Shown piece after piece: positions 60,574-64,000 of a stretch of 64,000 bases of DNA. Below the pieces are notes generated by a model, which was given only the letters and a program-made list of their open reading frames with translations, ran no database searches and was not told where the DNA came from. Numbering within the stretch: the stretch's first letter is position 1; each line of letters starts with the position of its first letter. The stretch covers positions 10,507-74,506 of the forward strand of contig JBOGUF010000149.1 of the NCBI GenBank assembly GCA_050696075.1. Reading direction: 5' to 3'. This DNA comes from Thermomicrobiales bacterium (GTDB taxonomy: Bacteria > Chloroflexota > Chloroflexia > Thermomicrobiales > UBA6265). The position numbers and the translations under genes are program-made.

Positions 60574-62895
60574 GTGGGAAGAGGGATGGAGAGCGGGACA
60601 GAACGCATTGGTTACGTAGGGCGGTCGATCCGGCGATTGGGGGACGAGCGGCTATTGCGTGGGGCGGGTCGTTTTGTGGACGACGTGCGGATTGCCGGCA
60701 CGCTCCACGTCGCGTTTGCGCGCGGTCCAGTGGCGCATGGGGTGATCCGGTGGATTGACGCGACGGCGGCGGCGCGTGTGCCCGGCGTCGTGGGTGTCTT
60801 CACCGGGGAGGAGGTCGCGGGGTGGGTCGAACCGGTGGGTGGCGGGGCGGATCTATTGCCGGGGCGTGAGTTGCGGCGGTATCCGCTCGCGGTCGCACGG
60901 GTGCGGTTCGTGGGGGATGCGGTCGCGGCAGTGGTGGCGGACGATCCGGCCGTTGCCCGCGACGCCGCGGACCGGATCGAAGTCGCCTACGACGAGTTGC
61001 CGGTGGTGGTCGACGCCGAGGCGGCGCTGGCCGCGGACGCGCCGCTGGTCTATCCGGGATGGGGGAGCAACCTTGCCTTCCGCTGGCAGGTCGAAGCGGG
61101 CGACGTCGAGGACGCCTTCGCCCGGGCAGAGCGGATTGTTTCGATCCGGGTAGTCAACCAGCGGGTCTACGCCGCTTTCCTCGAGCCGCGCGGGGTGCTG
61201 GCCAACCCGGAGCCGGGCGGTGATCTGACCGTTTGGGCCTCGACCCAAGGGCCGCACGGGTTGCGAACGGCGATTGCCGGCAGCCTGCGCGTTCCCGAGC
61301 ACCGGTTGCGGGTGATCGCGCCGGACGTGGGCGGCGCGTTCGGCAGCAAGGGCGGGACTTACCCTGAGTACCTGCTGATTCCCGCGCTGGCGATGCGGCT
61401 GGGGCGTCCGGTCAAGTGGATCGAGAGCCGGACGGAGAGCTTGCTGGCGACCAGCCACGGCCGGGACCAGGTACAGCGGTTGCGGGCGGCGGTGGCGGCG
61501 GACGGCGAGATTTTGGGGGTCGACATCGAGATCGTCGCCAACCTGGGGGCGTACAACGCGGCGATGACCGGGCGGATGACGGGGTTGATGTCGGCCGGGC
61601 CGTACCGATTCCGCAATCTGCGCACGACGGTCCTGGGGGCGATGACGAATGTGACGCCGCTCGGCTCCTACCGCGGCGCGGGCCGGCCGGAGGGGGCCTA
61701 CATGCTGGAGCGGCTGATCGAAGCGGTGGCGCGTGAGTTGGAGCTTGACTCGGCAGCGGTTCGTCGCCGCAACTTCATCCCGCCCGCGGCCTTCCCGTAC
61801 CAGTCGCCAACCGGCGCGATCTACGACAGCGGCGACTACGACACGACGTTGACCGAAGCCCTGAGCCGGCTGGACTACGACGCCTTCCGAATGGAGCTAG
61901 CGGAGGCGCGGCGTGCCGGGCGGTTGGTCGGCGTCGGCATCGGCGTCTATTGCGAGTATGCGGGGCCGGGTTGGGACACGGCGACGGTGCGGGTCAGCCC
62001 AAGTGGGGCGGTGACGGTGACGTCCGGAACCTCGCCGCACGGGCAGGGACAGGAGACGAGTTTGGCGCAGGTGGTCGCCGATCAGTTGGGGGTGACGCCG
62101 GATGACGTAGCGGTGCGGACCGGTGACACCGCGTTGACGCCGCAAGGGCTGGGCACCTTTGGCAGTCGCGGCACGTCGGTCGGCGGCTCGGCGATCCTGC
62201 TGGCGGCGCGGGAGGTCCACCAGAAGGCGCGACGGATTGCCGCGCACCTGCTGGAAGCGGCGGACGAGGACGTCGTCTTTGCCAATGGGCGCGTCGAGGT
62301 GCGGGGCGTGCCTAATCGGGGGATCGCGTTTGCCGACATCGCCCGCGCCGCGCACGCCTTCAACGGACCACCGGGCGGCGAGGAGCCGGGGCTGGAAGCG
62401 ACGCGGACCTTTCTGCCGTCGAACAGGACGACCCCGTATGGGGTCCACCTGGCGGTGGTCGAGGTCGACCGCGAAACGGGCGAGGTAGCGTTGCAACGCT
62501 ACCTGGCTGTCGACGACTGCGGCCCGCTGATCAACCCGCAATTGGTGGAGGGGCAGGTAGTGGGCGGGCTGGCGCAGGGGGTCGGCCAGGCGCTGTACGA
62601 GGCGATTGTCTTCGACGGTGCGGGGCAGCCGCTGACGGGCTCGTTCCTCGACTACGCCGTGCCGCGGGCGACGCAACTGCCGACCTTCGAGACCGCCCAC
62701 ACCGTGACGCCAAGCCCGTTCAACCCGCTCGGCGTCAAGGGGGTGGGCGAGGCCGGCACGACGGGGGCGCCGCCGGCGGTGGTCAACGCGGTGCTGGACG
62801 CGCTGACCCCGCTCGGCGTGCGGCATCTGGATATGCCGCTGACGCCGGAGCGGGTGTGGCGGGCGATGAACGAGGCGTTAGGCGTTAGGCGTTAG
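60574..62895 (+). CDS. xanthine dehydrogenase/aldehyde oxidase family molybdopterin-binding subunit (CoxL-like)
   Basis: 773 aa. An N-terminal a/b-hammerhead-like region (GRFVDD), GGAFGSK and GQGQET motifs. The start may be the ATG at 60586. The C-terminus (ALGVRR*) is encoded by the heptamer array. Confidence 0.9.
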   Translation: MGRGMESGTERIGYVGRSIRRLGDERLLRGAGRFVDDVRIAGTLHVAFARGPVAHGVIRWIDATAAARVPGVVGVFTGEEVAGWVEPVGGGADLLPGRELRRYPLAVARVRFVGDAVAAVVADDPAVARDAADRIEVAYDELPVVVDAEAALAADAPLVYPGWGSNLAFRWQVEAGDVEDAFARAERIVSIRVVNQRVYAAFLEPRGVLANPEPGGDLTVWASTQGPHGLRTAIAGSLRVPEHRLRVIAPDVGGAFGSKGGTYPEYLLIPALAMRLGRPVKWIESRTESLLATSHGRDQVQRLRAAVAADGEILGVDIEIVANLGAYNAAMTGRMTGLMSAGPYRFRNLRTTVLGAMTNVTPLGSYRGAGRPEGAYMLERLIEAVARELELDSAAVRRRNFIPPAAFPYQSPTGAIYDSGDYDTTLTEALSRLDYDAFRMELAEARRAGRLVGVGIGVYCEYAGPGWDTATVRVSPSGAVTVTSGTSPHGQGQETSLAQVVADQLGVTPDDVAVRTGDTALTPQGLGTFGSRGTSVGGSAILLAAREVHQKARRIAAHLLEAADEDVVFANGRVEVRGVPNRGIAFADIARAAHAFNGPPGGEEPGLEATRTFLPSNRTTPYGVHLAVVEVDRETGEVALQRYLAVDDCGPLINPQLVEGQVVGGLAQGVGQALYEAIVFDGAGQPLTGSFLDYAVPRATQLPTFETAHTVTPSPFNPLGVKGVGEAGTTGAPPAVVNAVLDALTPLGVRHLDMPLTPERVWRAMNEALGVRR

Positions 62896-62981
62896 GCGTT
62901 AGCACTTCCGTCGTGCCGGGCCAGATGCCTCGACGAACTCCGACGCTCGGCATGACGATGCTGACGCCTGACGCCTAACGG
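62873..62981. repeat. inverted heptamer arrays (AGGCGTT x4 / CTGACGC-CTAACGG) around a diverged REP-like core
   Basis: Left arm aggcgttaggcgttaggcgttaggcgtt. Core with cgtcgtgccggg...ctcggcatgacg. Right arm ctgacgcctgacgcctaacgg. It lies between two convergent genes. Confidence 0.8.
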
Positions 62982-62984
62982 CTG

Positions 62985-63521
62985 CTACGCCACTCTTCGC
63001 TGTCGGATCGCGACCACGAACAGTACGGTCGCGGCGGCGCCGAGCGCGAGGAGCAGCGAGGTCGAGTCGCCGAGGGCGGTAGTGCCGGCGCCGGTTGCAG
63101 GCACCTGGGTTGGGGCGCTGCCGTCGTCTGCCGCGGGATCGGGCGCGGGATCGGGCGCGGGATCGGCGGCGCCGGTGACGACGACGACGGCGGTCATGTT
63201 GGGATGGATGGCGCAGAAGTAGCTGTAGGTGCCGGGCGTGTCGAAGGTCAGGCTATAGGTATCCCCTTGGCCGAGGTTGCCGGAGTCGAATGAGCCGTCG
63301 TCGGCGGTGACGGTGTGCGGAGCCGAGTCGTTGTTGGTCCAGGTGACCGTGGTGCCCACCGAGACGGTGATCGAGCCCGGCGCGAAGGCGAAGCCTTCGA
63401 TTGCGACCGATGAATCCTGGGCGCGAGTCGTCCCCCCGCTGGAGATGACAAGCAGGGCCACGGCCATCGTAATCGCCGTCACGAGCGACAGCATCGCCCG
63501 TGGGGAATGCAGTCGGGTCAT
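62985..63521 (-). CDS. cupredoxin (plastocyanin/amicyanin-like) with C-terminal sorting-signal-like tail
   Basis: Copper ligand pattern HTV...YFCAIHPNM. Pro/Asp linker (PAPDPAPDPA). Tail is VPATG + a hydrophobic helix + RQRRVA. Confidence 0.85.
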   Translation of the reverse strand: MTRLHSPRAMLSLVTAITMAVALLVISSGGTTRAQDSSVAIEGFAFAPGSITVSVGTTVTWTNNDSAPHTVTADDGSFDSGNLGQGDTYSLTFDTPGTYSYFCAIHPNMTAVVVVTGAADPAPDPAPDPAADDGSAPTQVPATGAGTTALGDSTSLLLALGAAATVLFVVAIRQRRVA

Positions 63522-63662
63522 CGCTTCCCCCCATCATGTGGTTCTTCAGCGTGTGTGGCGTATCCCTCCGCGGGCATTCACCGCCCCGGGAACGGCGGCC
63601 CGTGCCAATACTACGCGGACGCCTTCGCGGTGGATGGGGCGTCCCCGGCGTGCCTTGGTCGG

Positions 63663-63691
63663 TTGACTTTCGGATAGACGCTGCCTATACT
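63663..63691 (+). promoter_or_regulatory. candidate sigma-70-type promoter
   Basis: TTGACT, a 17-nt spacer, then TATACT, read directly. About 140 nt upstream of the ATG at 63831. Confidence 0.45.
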
Positions 63692-63830
63692 CCGGCTAAA
63701 TCTGCAACCGTGTTTCACGATATAAAATCCTTCGCGTTTCATGGTTCCTGGGGACAGGCTCGGCGTTGCGCGTGGATGGGTGGATGGCGACGGTCGCGCA
63801 TTGCGCGACCAATGCACCAAGGAGGCAACG

Positions 63831-64000
63831 ATGGATCAGCGCGAAGTCCTGGCAGTGCTCACGGCGAAGCTGCGAAGCGGGGCGATCTCCCGACGACAGT
63901 TCCTGCAAGCGGCATCATTCTTCGGATTGGGGGCAGCCGCTGTGCCGATGGGTGCGGCAGCCGCACCGGCTCCTCGCGCCCGCGGCGTGCGGTCCATGGC
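63831..64000 (+). CDS. Tat-signal protein, 5-prime part only (runs off window end)
   Basis: AAGGAGG RBS. MDQREVLAVLTAKLRSGAISRRQFLQAASFFGLGAAAVPMGAAAA is a twin-arginine leader. Function not determinable. Confidence 0.6.
   Translation, partial: MDQREVLAVLTAKLRSGAISRRQFLQAASFFGLGAAAVPMGAAAAPAPRARGVRSM

Overview
64-kb window from a high-GC bacterium. The repeat style and the LuxR-AAA-TPR paralogs suggest a Chloroflexota/Thermomicrobia-like or actinobacterial host, but this cannot be settled from the sequence alone. I saw no rRNA, tRNA or CRISPR array. All repeat coordinates were read by eye (+/- a few nt), and no identities or database hits were computed.

Ordinary content:
- a DUF58/VWA (Bat-like) cluster
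- a sugar ABC transporter operon
- three large LuxR-type regulators
- a cobalt-type nitrile hydratase operon (beta-alpha-accessory)
- a long ThyX-like thymidylate synthase
- an aspartate kinase-asd operon
- aldose epimerase, topoisomerase IB, an SGNH hydrolase, an MFS transporter, an S8 peptidase, a molybdopterin oxidoreductase subunit and a cupredoxin

Main unusual signals:
1. Two housekeeping genes on the minus strand, thyX-like and asd, are each followed by an array of extra copies of their own 3-prime end (4 and 3 extra copies). The copies are interleaved with compact cargo units. Most cargo is toxin-antitoxin pairs (VapBC, UPF0175/DUF3368, Phd/PIN, HEPN-type x2); an IS256-disrupted gene and a larger accessory block are also present. 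This looks like serial 3-prime-end-targeted integration of small cassettes. No recombinase is visible in the window.
2. The unit nearest thyX carries a MauD-like redoxin, a MauA-like Tat-exported 14-Cys protein, membrane proteins, a beta-propeller and an ECF sigma/anti-sigma pair. This may be a methylamine-dehydrogenase-like system that has not been characterised.
3. A family of inverted tandem-heptamer arrays is spread through the window, with a different heptamer at each locus. The arrays flank a four-helix-bundle gene, supply stop codons to four genes, and sit in frame at the same position of two LuxR paralogs.
4. A REP/MITE-like nested palindrome family occurs in 3 clear copies plus 1 diverged copy.
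5. A Thr/Ile/Met-rich leader peptide plus intrinsic terminator lies upstream of aspartate kinase.
6. A thioredoxin-fold gene is split by a single in-frame TGA next to a Cys (candidate selenoprotein or pseudogene).

Many long track ORFs are antisense or alternate-frame shadows typical of high-GC DNA and were not called.
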